64,000 nt of DNA from Nitrososphaerota archaeon (GCA_041641295.1 JBEPYO010000001.1:1486300-1550299), one strand, 5' to 3'. Shown: positions 51,045 through 63,558, counted from the stretch's first letter. Notes: generated from the sequence alone by a model not told the origin. Made by a program: numbers and translations.

Positions 51045-52070
51045 CTACCTCGACTTAACCTCCGCTTCTTCAGCGTCCTCTATCCCGTTTTCAGTGATTT
51101 TTATAAGTACCTCGCCCTCCGGCAGGTGTGGGCTAGAGACGAGCCTCACAATTCTCACGTTTTTGCCGGCTGTCTTTCTTATGAAGATTCTCATGTGGCT
51201 CGTGTGGCCGACTATGTGCCCGCCGACGGGTGAGACTGCGTTGAATGAGAAGAACTCGTCGGGTCTTGCCATGACTTGGTTGGTTACGACTGCAGCGAGG
51301 TTGAATGCGCGGGAGAGTCTGAGGAGTCTGTGCATGTGCTTGTTCAGCTTCTGCTGCCTCTCTGCAAGCATCTCTCTCCCAATATACTCGCTCCTGAAGT
51401 GGGCTGTTAGTGAGTCAATGATCACAAGCTTGACATTATGCTCCTTGATTATTCTGTCTGCCTTCTCGAGCAGCAGTATCTGGTGGTCGGAGTTGTATGC
51501 CTCGGCGTAGATGATCTTCTCAGCAACGCTGTCGAAGTCCAGTCCTAGGTGCTTAGCCATCTGCTCTATCCTCTCAATCCTGAACGTGTTTTCAGTATCG
51601 ATGTAGAGTGCAGCCCCTTCGAGGCCGCCCCTCTCATAGGGCAGCTGGACGTTAACTGCTAGCTGGTGGCAGATCTGGCTTTTACCCGAGCCGAACTCTC
51701 CAAAGAACTCTGTGATGGCCTGGGTCTCAATCCCCCCACCCAGCAGACTATCCAGCGCCTTACTACCAGTTGTTAGGTGTCTTACATTGCTCTTAAGCGA
51801 TGCGAGCTCTTTTGCAGTAACCCAAGATATCTCGATCGACTTTCTCGCGAGGTCTATCAGCTCCAAAGCCCTCTTCTCACCTATACCTGCGGCCTCGAGC
51901 TCGGCGACTGTAGCCGTAGCAAGTGCCTCTATCGTGGAGCATCCAATCTCCCTCAGCCTCTCAACCGTTGCAGGACCTACACCTGGAAGCTCTGATATGT
52001 CGCTATACCTCCTCTCCCCCTCCCTCGCCCTCTCCTTCTGAGGCATCCCCAACTCTAGGCTGGGCTCCAA
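51045..52070 (-). CDS. radA: DNA repair and recombination protein RadA
   Basis: Hh[48 protein letters not shown]. Confidence 0.97.
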   Translation of the reverse strand: MEPSLELGMPQKERAREGERRYSDISELPGVGPATVERLREIGCSTIEALATATVAELEAAGIGEKRALELIDLARKSIEISWVTAKELASLKSNVRHLTTGSKALDSLLGGGIETQAITEFFGEFGSGKSQICHQLAVNVQLPYERGGLEGAALYIDTENTFRIERIEQMAKHLGLDFDSVAEKIIYAEAYNSDHQILLLEKADRIIKEHNVKLVIIDSLTAHFRSEYIGREMLAERQQKLNKHMHRLLRLSRAFNLAAVVTNQVMARPDEFFSFNAVSPVGGHIVGHTSHMRIFIRKTAGKNVRIVRLVSSPHLPEGEVLIKITENGIEDAEEAEVKSR

Positions 52071-52125
52071 CTCTTATTAAACACTTAACACCCCTCCCCG
52101 TAAATCCCCACACCTGAACCTTTTC

Positions 52126-52407
52126 CTAGGTCGTCTCCTCGTGCATGCTGGGGTCGAGGAGTCGGAGACATTTGTCGAGGGCTATTATCCAGCGGAGGAA
52201 AGTGTTGAGCCCAGCCCTCAAGGCCACTAGGTCGTCAGCATCGAGGACTAAATCTAGGGCCCCGTTTTTGAGCTGGATAGAGGCTCTAATCCTTCTTGAG
52301 GGGAGAGAGGACAGCTCTGGCTCTATCGCCTTTAAAATAATCTCACCATAGGGTGTCTCGACTGTTATCCTGAGATTTGAGGAGTGCCCCGCGAGGACTC
52401 GTCCCAT
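52126..52407 (-). CDS. pcc1: KEOPS subunit Pcc1
   Basis: AIEPEL, ADDLVALRAGLNTFLRWI; likely start ATG 52407 after GGAGGAG. Confidence 0.82.
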   Translation of the reverse strand: MGRVLAGHSSNLRITVETPYGEIILKAIEPELSSLPSRRIRASIQLKNGALDLVLDADDLVALRAGLNTFLRWIIALDKCLRLLDPSMHEETT

Positions 52408-52483
52408 CTCCTCCCCCTTCCTTTTATCGAGAATTAATGTGTTAAAAGATATATATGAGGGATGGATAAGTTTACCTCTCGGA

Positions 52484-52720
52484 TTGCCGACCGCATACGT
52501 GTTAATCAACACAGAGATAGGGGCCGAAGAGGAGGTATTGAAGCAGTTGAGGCAGATGCCGCCCGTTAAAGAGGCTTACCTCGTGTACGGCGTCTATGAT
52601 ATCGTGGCCAAGGTGGAGGCAGAGTCGATGGACAAGCTCAAGGAAACTGTGTCCTGGAATATTAGAAGGCTCGAGAAGGTCAGGTCCACATTAACAATGC
52701 TCGTCATGTCGCCCGAGTGA
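52484..52720 (+). CDS. Stand-alone Lrp/AsnC ligand-binding domain protein
   Basis: AYVLINTEIG, VYGVYDIVAKV, VRSTLTM; likely start TTG 52484. Confidence 0.85.
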   Translation: MPTAYVLINTEIGAEEEVLKQLRQMPPVKEAYLVYGVYDIVAKVEAESMDKLKETVSWNIRRLEKVRSTLTMLVMSPE

Positions 52721-53986
52721 CCCTAGCTTCAGAGGCATGGTGAGGTGTCTCCGCGCCGAGACGCTGACCTCATACACCCCCTCGGATATCTTTCTCGCCA
52801 ACTCTGTGTAAACAGGCTTTAGCTCAGGCCTCTTAATCCCACACCTCTCACACCTGTAGCCCTTATCCCGCCCCATACTCTTCATACGACGGCCGCAGAC
52901 GTCGCAGGTGGGTGCGACCTTTGTCACTGCCTTCACCAGCTTGATTATCGCGAGCTTCTCCAGATTCATAGTTAATCCGTAGGGCTTCACCTTGAGAGCC
53001 CCATAGGCTAGAACCTCATCACCGGCCACCAGTCCCTGGACAACCCTCCTGAAACTTCCAGTAGGCTCATAGGCGGCGAGCGTGACCTCCCCAGTCCCGT
53101 CGCTGATTCTGATGAAGACATGTCCACCGGGTATGATGGTTGGCGGTGATGAGACTATTCCTCTCACGACGTATGATGTGTTCGGCTTCATGTCACGGAT
53201 TCTGGCTGGTATGTAGTGCAGGTCGCTCGCCTGATTCGTCTTGAAGATCATATAGAAGTCGACCGGCTCGTAGAACCTAACCATTCTCAAGCCCTGCTCC
53301 GCGTGCTGAGGGGTTATTGCGCGGACACCGGCCAAGACGGGGCATGGGGTGTGTGGAGTGATCCTGACCTCTCCCTTCTCATAGTCGTAGTTGTCGAAAG
53401 TGTATTGTGCGAGCGCCCTATCCATCTCTATTACGCTCTGCTCGTCGACGAGCCTCTCGCGCCCCCACATCTCGGGTACGCGATATGCGATGGCCTCGTA
53501 GGTCTTCAGAGAGTCTGGGTCCGCCCCTGCTGCAGCTGCCGCCCCAACGATGCCCCTACCCTCTTTCATCCGCACATAGCGGATACCCAGCGCATCGCAT
53601 CTCTGCACAACCTCCTCAGGCTCGACAATCTCCCGAACAGCCCTCCAATACAGCTCCCTCAACTGCTCAGCCTGCTCATCCCACACGTATACGATTCCCG
53701 GGTCTGTGCCCTCAGACTCGAGGTCCGCCCACCGCTCAACGGTGGAGTTCACTATCTCCTCAATACGGGGTAGGTCGCTTGGATCGGCTTCTATAGAGAG
53801 ACAGATTGCCGCGTTCCCGCGGGTCTTGTAGGGGCAGTTGGGGTTGAGCCTTATGAGCCATGGGAGGTCTCCAGTCCTATACCCGTTCCTCTCCAACTCC
53901 CTCAAGGCCTGCGCCGCGACATAGGTAGTGCACATGGTGCGCTTCGAGTCAGTATCGTCAATACCTATCCGCAGTATCCTCTCCAA
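52691..53986 (-). CDS. tiaS: tRNA(Ile2) 2-agmatinylcytidine synthetase
   Basis: IGIDDTDS, CTTY, LNPNCPYKTRGN, TNQASD, AYEPT, C-terminal zinc ribbon, RRHLT. Confidence 0.93.
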   Translation of the reverse strand: MERILRIGIDDTDSKRTMCTTYVAAQALRELERNGYRTGDLPWLIRLNPNCPYKTRGNAAICLSIEADPSDLPRIEEIVNSTVERWADLESEGTDPGIVYVWDEQAEQLRELYWRAVREIVEPEEVVQRCDALGIRYVRMKEGRGIVGAAAAAGADPDSLKTYEAIAYRVPEMWGRERLVDEQSVIEMDRALAQYTFDNYDYEKGEVRITPHTPCPVLAGVRAITPQHAEQGLRMVRFYEPVDFYMIFKTNQASDLHYIPARIRDMKPNTSYVVRGIVSSPPTIIPGGHVFIRISDGTGEVTLAAYEPTGSFRRVVQGLVAGDEVLAYGALKVKPYGLTMNLEKLAIIKLVKAVTKVAPTCDVCGRRMKSMGRDKGYRCERCGIKRPELKPVYTELARKISEGVYEVSVSARRHLTMPLKLGSLGRHDEHC

Positions 53987-54045
53987 CCTTCTCCTAAAGC
54001 AATCCTTAAGACATCGAGTCTATATGAGTATCTTCCCAGGAAGTC

Positions 54046-55143
54046 TTGAAGTACAGGGCTTTACTAGACATTTTTGAACCCTATGGCTGGGAGCCGTCTA
54101 CGGAGCAGATAGCCTCCAGCCTGGGAATCAAGCCGGGCAGGATTCTTCGACTAGACCTCAACACCTCCCCCACACCCCCTATCGCCTCGCTTAAGGCTGC
54201 CTCGAGAAAACTTCCTAAAACCAAGATCAATCTCTACCCTGATACCAGCTACTCCTCCTTGAGGCAGGCCATCTCGGACTACACCTCCCACGACCCTGAG
54301 GCCATAATTCCGACGAACGGGGCTGATGAGGCCATCGACATAGTGGCGAGAGTTTTTCTTGAGAAGGGGACCACGGCTCTAGCCTCAGCACCTACTTACA
54401 GCTACTTCAGAATAGCATCTGAGCTTCAGGGAGCCAAGTTCATCGGGGTCCCACGCCTAGAGAATCTACAAGACGACGTGGATGGAATCCTCTCACGCCT
54501 AGACGATACCACGGGTGTGGTATTCCTCTGCAGCCCCAATAATCCGACTGGCAATATAACCCCGACACGGGACGTCGAGAGGCTATGCTCTGAGACAGAG
54601 GCCTGCATAGTAGTAGACGAGGCCTACTACGAGTACTGTGGAGTCTCCGTACAACCACTCCTCCGAAAGTTCAGCAACCTCATAGTAATCAGGACGCTCT
54701 CAAAGGGGTTCGGCTTGGCTGGCGCAAGGATAGGATACATCCTCGCCTGCGAGGAGACCGTGAAGCTGGTCAACAAGGCCAGGCCGCCCAACAGCCTCGG
54801 CACAGTAAATATAGAGATTGCCCAACACGCCCTGACGCATCGGAGCTACATGTACAGGTCAGTCAAAAGCGTAGTCAGCGAGCGTGAAAGGATGCACCAC
54901 GTTTTATCACGCATGGACGGGTTGGAGGTCTACCCCTCACAAGCTAACTTCCTCCTCATCCGTTTCAGAGGGATAGACGCCAACCAAGTCTATAACGAGC
55001 TGTTGAAGCGCGGAATAGTTGTAAGAAACCTCTCCCAGAACCCACTCACGAAGAACTGTCTCAGGGTAACAGTAGGTCTAAGGAGCCAGAATAACAGATT
55101 TCTCAACGCCTTGAAGTCCATTATGACACTATTGAGGAGATAA
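54046..55143 (+). CDS. hisC: Histidinol-phosphate aminotransferase
   Basis: NGADEAI, CSPNNPTG, VDEAY, RTLSKGFGLAGARIGY, LRVTVG. Confidence 0.88.
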   Translation: MKYRALLDIFEPYGWEPSTEQIASSLGIKPGRILRLDLNTSPTPPIASLKAASRKLPKTKINLYPDTSYSSLRQAISDYTSHDPEAIIPTNGADEAIDIVARVFLEKGTTALASAPTYSYFRIASELQGAKFIGVPRLENLQDDVDGILSRLDDTTGVVFLCSPNNPTGNITPTRDVERLCSETEACIVVDEAYYEYCGVSVQPLLRKFSNLIVIRTLSKGFGLAGARIGYILACEETVKLVNKARPPNSLGTVNIEIAQHALTHRSYMYRSVKSVVSERERMHHVLSRMDGLEVYPSQANFLLIRFRGIDANQVYNELLKRGIVVRNLSQNPLTKNCLRVTVGLRSQNNRFLNALKSIMTLLRR

Positions 55144-56607
55144 TCTATTATATGCGTCGTGGAGCTCTGCTAGGAAGCGGCGGTGCCACGCCTCAAAGCC
55201 GCTCGGATCCTCTGGATACTTCTCGTATAGGGCTATCAGTCGCCTACTCTTTTCCGCTGTGAGCCTAAGCCCCTTCGCGAGTTCGGGGTCCTCCTTTATT
55301 CTTCTTCTCAACTCTCCATCGAGGAGGTATCGTGTCAGACTGGTGAGGAGTGGGAACCGGGGGTGCTCTCTCCTTTTAATGCTCTCTACATCCTCCTGCG
55401 ATAGGAAGTGCTTCATTCCGAAGCTAATCCTCTTATTTGTGAGTCCTTGGAGGTAGCGTCTAAGCACTTCAAAACTTGCCATCTGATAGCCACGCCTCCT
55501 CACGTATTCAACATTATATTTCCAGAGACCCTTTTGGCTGACGTCCCCAGACTCTATGGCCTCTACGAGGCAGCGCCCCAAAATAATGCTCGCCTCTAGG
55601 GCAGGTCCAATACCTCCCGCATCAATTGGCCTTGGCATCCAAGCGGCGTCCCCCACGATCGCGAAGCCATTTGCGACGAGGCAGTCGTTCTGACGCCTCA
55701 CAGGGACTTGCCAAATGTTGAATGTGTTGTTTGCGTCTAGGGGTGAGGAGGAGGGTCTCGGGTTCTTAACTGCGCGGTTCAGGCTCAGATACTTCTCTAT
55801 CAGGTCTTGGAGGCCCTCGTTGACCCCTAGGGCGGCGTTTCTCCTGTTGAGTAGGCGTCTCAGCACGCCGAGGCCTATGTTGGCCTTATTCTCTCCTTTT
55901 GGGAAGACCCAGGAGTAGCCGCCTGGCGCTAGGAACTGGTCCAAGTGTATGATGCAGTATCGGGGGTTGAACCATGTCTCGTCCTCCTCTCCATGCTCAA
56001 ACTCCACTATGTATCTGCCAGTGCCTATGATGTCGTTTTCCTTGTCTATCTCCCTCTCGATGAAGCTGGGGATGGGGAGGTTTGAGCGGAGCTTTGAGGC
56101 TGAACCGGACGCATCTACAACCACTTTAGCATAGAAACTCAACTCCTCCCCAGTGGCCAAGTCTTTACATTTAACACCCCGGACAAACCCGTCATCGGCT
56201 ATCAGTGTGTGGGCGTCTAGCCCGTGCCTCACCTCTACGCCAAACTTCTCAAGATACTCGAGCTGGCGGGCGGCCCAGACCCGTCTATTCAATATGTAGC
56301 CCTCACCGTCGAACAAGACCTTCGACTCGTGGTCGGGTGAGTAGACTAGGACGCCGTCAACCTTATGCTCGATCTCCGGGAAGTCGTAGGAGATTCCGAG
56401 ATTGCTACATGCGTAGTCTAGGCTTTTCTTGCTGACCGCATCTCCGCACGACCAGCCTGTCCGGGTCTTCTTACCAAACTCTTTAGAATCGTTTCTATCG
56501 ATTAGGAGTACCCTCAGCTGTCCCTTGGAGAAGCGCTCCACGGCCATAGCCGTGTGGGCGCCCGCGACGCCGCCCCCTACAACTATGACGTCGTAGACTC
56601 TGTCCAC
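55129..56607 (-). CDS. Geranylgeranyl reductase family FAD oxidoreductase
   Basis: VVGGGVAG, CGDAVS, APGGYSWVFPKG, VGDAA..P...GGI. Confidence 0.88.
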   Translation of the reverse strand: MDRVYDVIVVGGGVAGAHTAMAVERFSKGQLRVLLIDRNDSKEFGKKTRTGWSCGDAVSKKSLDYACSNLGISYDFPEIEHKVDGVLVYSPDHESKVLFDGEGYILNRRVWAARQLEYLEKFGVEVRHGLDAHTLIADDGFVRGVKCKDLATGEELSFYAKVVVDASGSASKLRSNLPIPSFIEREIDKENDIIGTGRYIVEFEHGEEDETWFNPRYCIIHLDQFLAPGGYSWVFPKGENKANIGLGVLRRLLNRRNAALGVNEGLQDLIEKYLSLNRAVKNPRPSSSPLDANNTFNIWQVPVRRQNDCLVANGFAIVGDAAWMPRPIDAGGIGPALEASIILGRCLVEAIESGDVSQKGLWKYNVEYVRRRGYQMASFEVLRRYLQGLTNKRISFGMKHFLSQEDVESIKRREHPRFPLLTSLTRYLLDGELRRRIKEDPELAKGLRLTAEKSRRLIALYEKYPEDPSGFEAWHRRFLAELHDAYNRLSPQ

Positions 56608-56675
56608 GCCTAATCCACCGGGTGAGCCCTTATTTAAAACGCTCTCCCCAATACTAACTGAATCGAGGTGGGATG

Positions 56676-57287
56676 CTACAGTCTTTTCATTCTCCCCCTG
56701 ATAACCCTCTCGGCCCGCTTGGCGTCTGAACTGTTGGCGACCCTGAAGAGGAGGTTCATTTTCTGGTCAAAGACCCTCAGGGCTCCAATGTATATGTAAA
56801 GGACGTTTTTCATGTGCCGGGATATCTCATCGATCTCCTCGCTACCAGTGGCGCTGCAGGCCTCCAGAAAAGGCGTCTTCCTATAGGCTGAGAAGTGGTA
56901 GTCAGCCCTCCCCGCAGCATCCCTCAATATTGCCGCAGAGAACTTTCTGCAAGACTCTAGGATGAATGTCGTGAATTCTTGGCTTATTAGGGGGGCGTCG
57001 CAGGGCAGTATAAGGAACCTGTCAGACTCCGAGAGGGGCATATAGGATTTCAGCGCACCCCCCAGCCCCCCACTGCTGATGTGTATCCTCGCCATATACT
57101 TCTCAGCAGTCTCAGAGTAAGCCTCTTTCCCAGCCTCATCCCTCACAGAGATCACCAGTTCATCCACCTCATCCGGGAGGGCTTCCAGTACATACTCGAT
57201 CATCGGCTTATCGAGGATTCGGTATAACCCCCTCTCTACCCCGCCTATTCCCGCGAAATCGGTCAATACAATTGCAGTGGAGGTCAA
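56676..57287 (-). CDS. MobA-like nucleotidyltransferase with degenerate N-terminal motif
   Basis: KPMIEYV and LPCDAPLI present; LAGG-x-S-x-R loop replaced. Confidence 0.7.
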   Translation of the reverse strand: MTSTAIVLTDFAGIGGVERGLYRILDKPMIEYVLEALPDEVDELVISVRDEAGKEAYSETAEKYMARIHISSGGLGGALKSYMPLSESDRFLILPCDAPLISQEFTTFILESCRKFSAAILRDAAGRADYHFSAYRKTPFLEACSATGSEEIDEISRHMKNVLYIYIGALRVFDQKMNLLFRVANSSDAKRAERVIRGRMKRL

Positions 57288-57432
57288 GGCCTTGACAACG
57301 AATTTAGTGGGTCTGCTCTAATTAACATTTTTAGGAACTAGGGGTGGATTTTCAGAGTAATGCGCATATATTCTCCCAGCAGAGGCCTCCACGAAACCTA
57401 AATACACTCCAGAGGGGTTTGCCACTTGATAC

Positions 57433-58050
57433 ATGTTGAAAAACCCCTTCAAGAGAGATGTTGGACACGGTCGAGGAATAGTCGCCTCTGATAGCAGATA
57501 CCTAGAGATAGTCACAGCCCTGAAGATTCAGTCTGAGAAGCTGAACAGGACGGCTCAGAGGCTAATGGCGAGGGGCAAGGAGCTTTTCGAACAGTGTGTA
57601 AGGGCTCAGCAGGAGGGAGACACGGGACGCGCCACAATCTATGCCAACGAGATAGCACAGCTTCGAAAGATGTCGAGGGTTGTCGTCAGAAGCCAGCTCT
57701 CGCTTGAAAAGGTCATACTAAGGCTTGAGACGGTTAAGGAGTTTGGCGACGTGATGCACGTTCTCGGACCCGCCACCGCCATCATAAAGCATGTACAGTC
57801 AGACTTGGCAGGTGTCGTGCCCGAGGTTGCGGAGAACCTGCGATATGTGGACGAGATGCTTGAGGGATTAATAATAGAGGCCGGCTCCGTTACAGGGTCC
57901 ATAACAAGCGTCTCCATAAGCGACGGCGAAGCCCAGAAGATACTCCAAGAAGCGGCAGAGATTGCTGCGCAGAGAATGAAGACAGCCTTCCCAGAGATCC
58001 CAGAGACCCTGAAGGTAAGCGAGGCGGGCTCCGAGACGAAGACAATCTGA
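57433..58050 (+). CDS. cdvB: ESCRT-III/Snf7 family protein (CdvB paralog)
   Basis: RATIYANEIAQLRK, QLSLEKVILRLETV..FGD, EAQKILQEA, FPEIP. Confidence 0.88.
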   Translation: MLKNPFKRDVGHGRGIVASDSRYLEIVTALKIQSEKLNRTAQRLMARGKELFEQCVRAQQEGDTGRATIYANEIAQLRKMSRVVVRSQLSLEKVILRLETVKEFGDVMHVLGPATAIIKHVQSDLAGVVPEVAENLRYVDEMLEGLIIEAGSVTGSITSVSISDGEAQKILQEAAEIAAQRMKTAFPEIPETLKVSEAGSETKTI

Positions 58051-58141
58051 TACAGCCGCAGCGTAAGACCCCGACTATATGTAGCACCATTTTTATCCCT
58101 TTTCAAAAACATTACCTAGAGTCCTAGCGCTAGCTGGGGGA

Positions 58142-58573
58142 GTGGTGTGGCGGATGTCTGAGGAGAGGCGAGCAGTAGCGGCTGCCAGCGCCCTAGTCGA
58201 GAAGGAGGGGACGGTTCTGTTGGTGAAGCGTGGAAGGATGCCTGCCCGCGGGAAATGGGCTCTGCCAGGCGGCGCAGTCCGGTGGGGAGAGCCGATTAGA
58301 GAAGCAGTTGTGAGAGAGGTCTTGGAGGAGACGGGTGTCCTGATAGAAGTGGGTCAGGTCTTAGACGTCGTTGACGTACTTTATAGAGAAGGTGGCGAGC
58401 TTCTATACCACTATGTAGTGGTCTGCTTTGCCGGCAAGTATCTTGGAGGAGATATAAGACCGGGAACAGACGCTGAGGATGCGAGATGGGTCCCGATACA
58501 CGAGCTAAAAAACTACGACATCACGCCTACCGCTTGGAAAGTAATGGCGCGGGTCCTCGGTATTAGACAATGA
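58142..58573 (+). CDS. Nudix hydrolase
   Basis: WALPGG...GE...AVVREVLEETG. Confidence 0.92.
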   Translation: MVWRMSEERRAVAAASALVEKEGTVLLVKRGRMPARGKWALPGGAVRWGEPIREAVVREVLEETGVLIEVGQVLDVVDVLYREGGELLYHYVVVCFAGKYLGGDIRPGTDAEDARWVPIHELKNYDITPTAWKVMARVLGIRQ

Positions 58574-59474
58574 ATAGTGGCTCAGAGTCCCTTATCACAC
58601 GCGGCTCAACACTCTTAAGCCCTACATAGTGTCTCGTCAATTCAAGTAGGGCATCATGTGTTGCCCCACCATAGAACCTGAGCCCCCTCACCCCCGCGTT
58701 TCTAAGCCTTTCATCAACCTCTACCCCCCTAAGCGACTCAAGCCCTCTCTTCCTCGAGCCATAGAGGAAACCCCATACAGAGGAGAATGATACGATGAAT
58801 GTAGCCAGCTCGGAGACATAGGTAAAGACCGTCTGCATTGTCTTCTTGATAGACTGGTATGCAAGCGGTGTGTGGGTGGGGGATGTGGCGTGGGTGGCTA
58901 CCACACCGTTCTCTGAGAGCTTTGAATTTAGTAGGGCATAGAACTCTGAGGTGTAGAGGAGGTAGGAAGGCCCCCGCTCGAGGGGGTCAGTAACATCAAC
59001 GATAAAGACATCTACACTACCCTCCAGCTTCTCAGCCACCCACCTCCTCCCATCCTCGAAAAACAGCTTAACACGCGGGTCATTGAATGCCCCGGAGGAA
59101 AGCTGGGGTAGATATTTCTGACAAAGCTCGACAACCTCTTTATCTAAATCTATTAAGAACACCTCCTCGACGGTTTGCCATCTGAGAACCTCCCTGAGGG
59201 TTGCCCCCTCTCCACCCCCTATTATGACCACGCGCCTAGGCTCTCCACATAGGCACATGGCAGGGTGGACCAGTGTCTCGTGGTAAATATGCTCGTCCAC
59301 GAGAGCTGACTGCATTTTTCCATCCAGTAGTAGGCATGTGCCGTAGGGTTCTGTCTCCAGAATCTCAAGCCTCTGATAATTGGTCCTACCCCTGTAAATC
59401 GGCCTAACAACTCTAAAAGACTCGACTACAGAATCAGAAATCCACTCTGCATACCAGTAGGCCAGCTCATCCAC
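58563..59474 (-). CDS. speE: Polyamine aminopropyltransferase (spermidine synthase family)
   Basis: LDGKMQS, YHETLVHP, IIGGGEGATLRE, DVTDP. Confidence 0.93.
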   Translation of the reverse strand: MDELAYWYAEWISDSVVESFRVVRPIYRGRTNYQRLEILETEPYGTCLLLDGKMQSALVDEHIYHETLVHPAMCLCGEPRRVVIIGGGEGATLREVLRWQTVEEVFLIDLDKEVVELCQKYLPQLSSGAFNDPRVKLFFEDGRRWVAEKLEGSVDVFIVDVTDPLERGPSYLLYTSEFYALLNSKLSENGVVATHATSPTHTPLAYQSIKKTMQTVFTYVSELATFIVSFSSVWGFLYGSRKRGLESLRGVEVDERLRNAGVRGLRFYGGATHDALLELTRHYVGLKSVEPRVIRDSEPLFIV

Positions 59475-59940
59475 CTCTAAGCTTCTCTTCCTGCGCCTGA
59501 AGATTCACTCGACTATTATTTCTGAAAACATTTAGGCCGCGTATTATCTCAAACGCCCCCACGTTAGCCGGCTCAATCTTCCCCACTATCAGCTCATAGG
59601 CCTTCCAGGGATCTACGCTCTCCCCGCAAGTATAGATGTCGAGCGCAGCGTAGCCGAGCTCTGGCCACGTATGTATCGAGATGTGGCTCTCCTTAATCAC
59701 TACTATCGCCGAAACACCTCCTCCGCCCCCAAACCTCTCGAAATACTTGCCTACTATAGTGGCGCCGCTGTAGATGGCTGCCTCGGTCAAAATTTCGTTC
59801 AGCAGATTCGCATCACTTAAAATACGTGGGTCACACCCAAATAGCTCTACGATTAGGTGTCTGCCAAGGCCCTTTGAATTGGATACGGGGTGTCCAGCCC
59901 GGCTCCCACCCCTCATCTCGGCAATATTTTCATTATACAA
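59467..59940 (-). CDS. speD: Pyruvoyl S-adenosylmethionine decarboxylase family proenzyme
   Basis: GRHLIVEL, ESHISIHTWPE, DIYTCG; overlaps speE. Confidence 0.87.
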   Translation of the reverse strand: MYNENIAEMRGGSRAGHPVSNSKGLGRHLIVELFGCDPRILSDANLLNEILTEAAIYSGATIVGKYFERFGGGGGVSAIVVIKESHISIHTWPELGYAALDIYTCGESVDPWKAYELIVGKIEPANVGAFEIIRGLNVFRNNSRVNLQAQEEKLRGG

Positions 59941-60017
59941 TCTAAATATTAAGTTTTATCGATTCTGAGTGGTTTGTGAGGTAAAGATTTTATGGTTGAT
60001 GGCTTCATATTAGTTAG

Positions 60018-62189
<2,172 letters not shown>

Positions 62190-62230
62190 GCTGGGCCTCA
62201 GGTTAAATAAGGGGCTCTGGAGTTGGATTT

Positions 62231-62893
62231 TTGATGGATTCGACCTCCACATGGATAGGCGTAGCAATGATTCTCCTAGGTGTAGCCGGCATATTCCTAA
62301 CCTATTCGGGAATCTCACACACCTTCGAACTTGGATTGCAGGCCCTATCAGCCCTGCTATTATTCATGGGGGTCATAATCTTTGCAGGCGGCCTCGCTAG
62401 GGGCGGGTTCCCAGACGTGAAGCCGGTACACATTGTGAGTATCGGCCTAGTGGTCTTCCTGTCCACGGCAGGTCTCACGGTCTCCGCCGTCACATATACG
62501 GGGCCCTTCAAGCTTCTAAAGGCTAAGGAGGAGTTCCGGGAATCACCCATCAAGGTCATAGTGAGTATCATTCCCGGGTCTTGGGACCCAAATCAGCCTG
62601 ATAATTTCGTGCCCAAGAACATACGGGTTGTAGTAGGCGTTAACCACACGGTGGTTTGGATCAATAAGGAGATCATCGATGTCTCCCATACTGTTACGCA
62701 TATTAACAGGTTGTTCGACTCGGGGCTTTTTGGGCCCGGTCAAAACTGGAGCTACTCCTTCCGCGACCCAGGCCTCTACCAGTACTTCTGTATTCCACAT
62801 CCTTGGATGAGAGGTTCTGTCGAGGTTGTCCGAGTCTCGGACGAGGAGGTCCAGCAGATCCTCTCCTCCCTCGGGATTGGTCCCCAGCAATGA
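62231..62893 (+). CDS. Membrane-anchored cupredoxin (plastocyanin-like)
   Basis: Three N-terminal TM helices; type-1 Cu ligands HTVT...C-IP-H-PW-M. Confidence 0.85.
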   Translation: MMDSTSTWIGVAMILLGVAGIFLTYSGISHTFELGLQALSALLLFMGVIIFAGGLARGGFPDVKPVHIVSIGLVVFLSTAGLTVSAVTYTGPFKLLKAKEEFRESPIKVIVSIIPGSWDPNQPDNFVPKNIRVVVGVNHTVVWINKEIIDVSHTVTHINRLFDSGLFGPGQNWSYSFRDPGLYQYFCIPHPWMRGSVEVVRVSDEEVQQILSSLGIGPQQ

Positions 62894-63558
62894 CCTCTGA
62901 GAAGTCTATAGCTATTCTTGGCGGGACGGCAGGGCTTGGAAAAGCCCTTGCTCTAAGGCTCGCACAAGCTGGGAAGAAGGTTATAATCGGATCACGGGAC
63001 GCTGAGAGAGCGGCAAAGGCTGCCGAGGATGTGAATAGGATCATAGGCGGAGTGTTCGCGGAGGGAGATCTGAATGAGGCGGCGGCAGCAAGAGTCGACC
63101 TCGTCTTCTTCGCCGTCCCCTTCCCCGGCCTATACCAGCTTGCCAAGAATGTGAAAAGTGTAATGAAGGAGGGGGCTATCGCTGTTTCCTGCATCGTTCC
63201 CCTAGAGTCTGACTTGGGCGGTGGGCCCGAGTATCTGGAGCCTTCCAGCGGATCGGCGGCTGAGGCCCTCCAGGCAATCCTAGGCGATAGGGTTAAGGTT
63301 GTGTCGGCGCTGACTTATGTTCCGGCCCATGCCTTGGAGGAGTTGGACAGTCCTGTGGACTGCGACGTGGTGGTTTGCGGCGAGAAGGAGGCCTCTAAGG
63401 AGGTCATGGAGGTCCTCTCACTGATTAAGGGTATTAGACCACTCTACGCAGGCGGACTGAAGTACTCTAGGATCACAGAGAGGCTGACAGTGCTGCTGAT
63501 AAGTCTGAACAGGCAGTACAAATCTGACAGGGCTGGAATAAGGTTTACATATATCTAA
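62890..63558 (+). CDS. npdG: F420H2:NADP+ oxidoreductase-like protein
   Basis: ILGGTAGLG, IIGSRDAERA, GSAAE, DVVVCG, LISLNRQYK...GIRFT; start ATG 62890 overlaps the upstream stop (ATGA). Confidence 0.85.
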   Translation: MTSEKSIAILGGTAGLGKALALRLAQAGKKVIIGSRDAERAAKAAEDVNRIIGGVFAEGDLNEAAAARVDLVFFAVPFPGLYQLAKNVKSVMKEGAIAVSCIVPLESDLGGGPEYLEPSSGSAAEALQAILGDRVKVVSALTYVPAHALEELDSPVDCDVVVCGEKEASKEVMEVLSLIKGIRPLYAGGLKYSRITERLTVLLISLNRQYKSDRAGIRFTYI

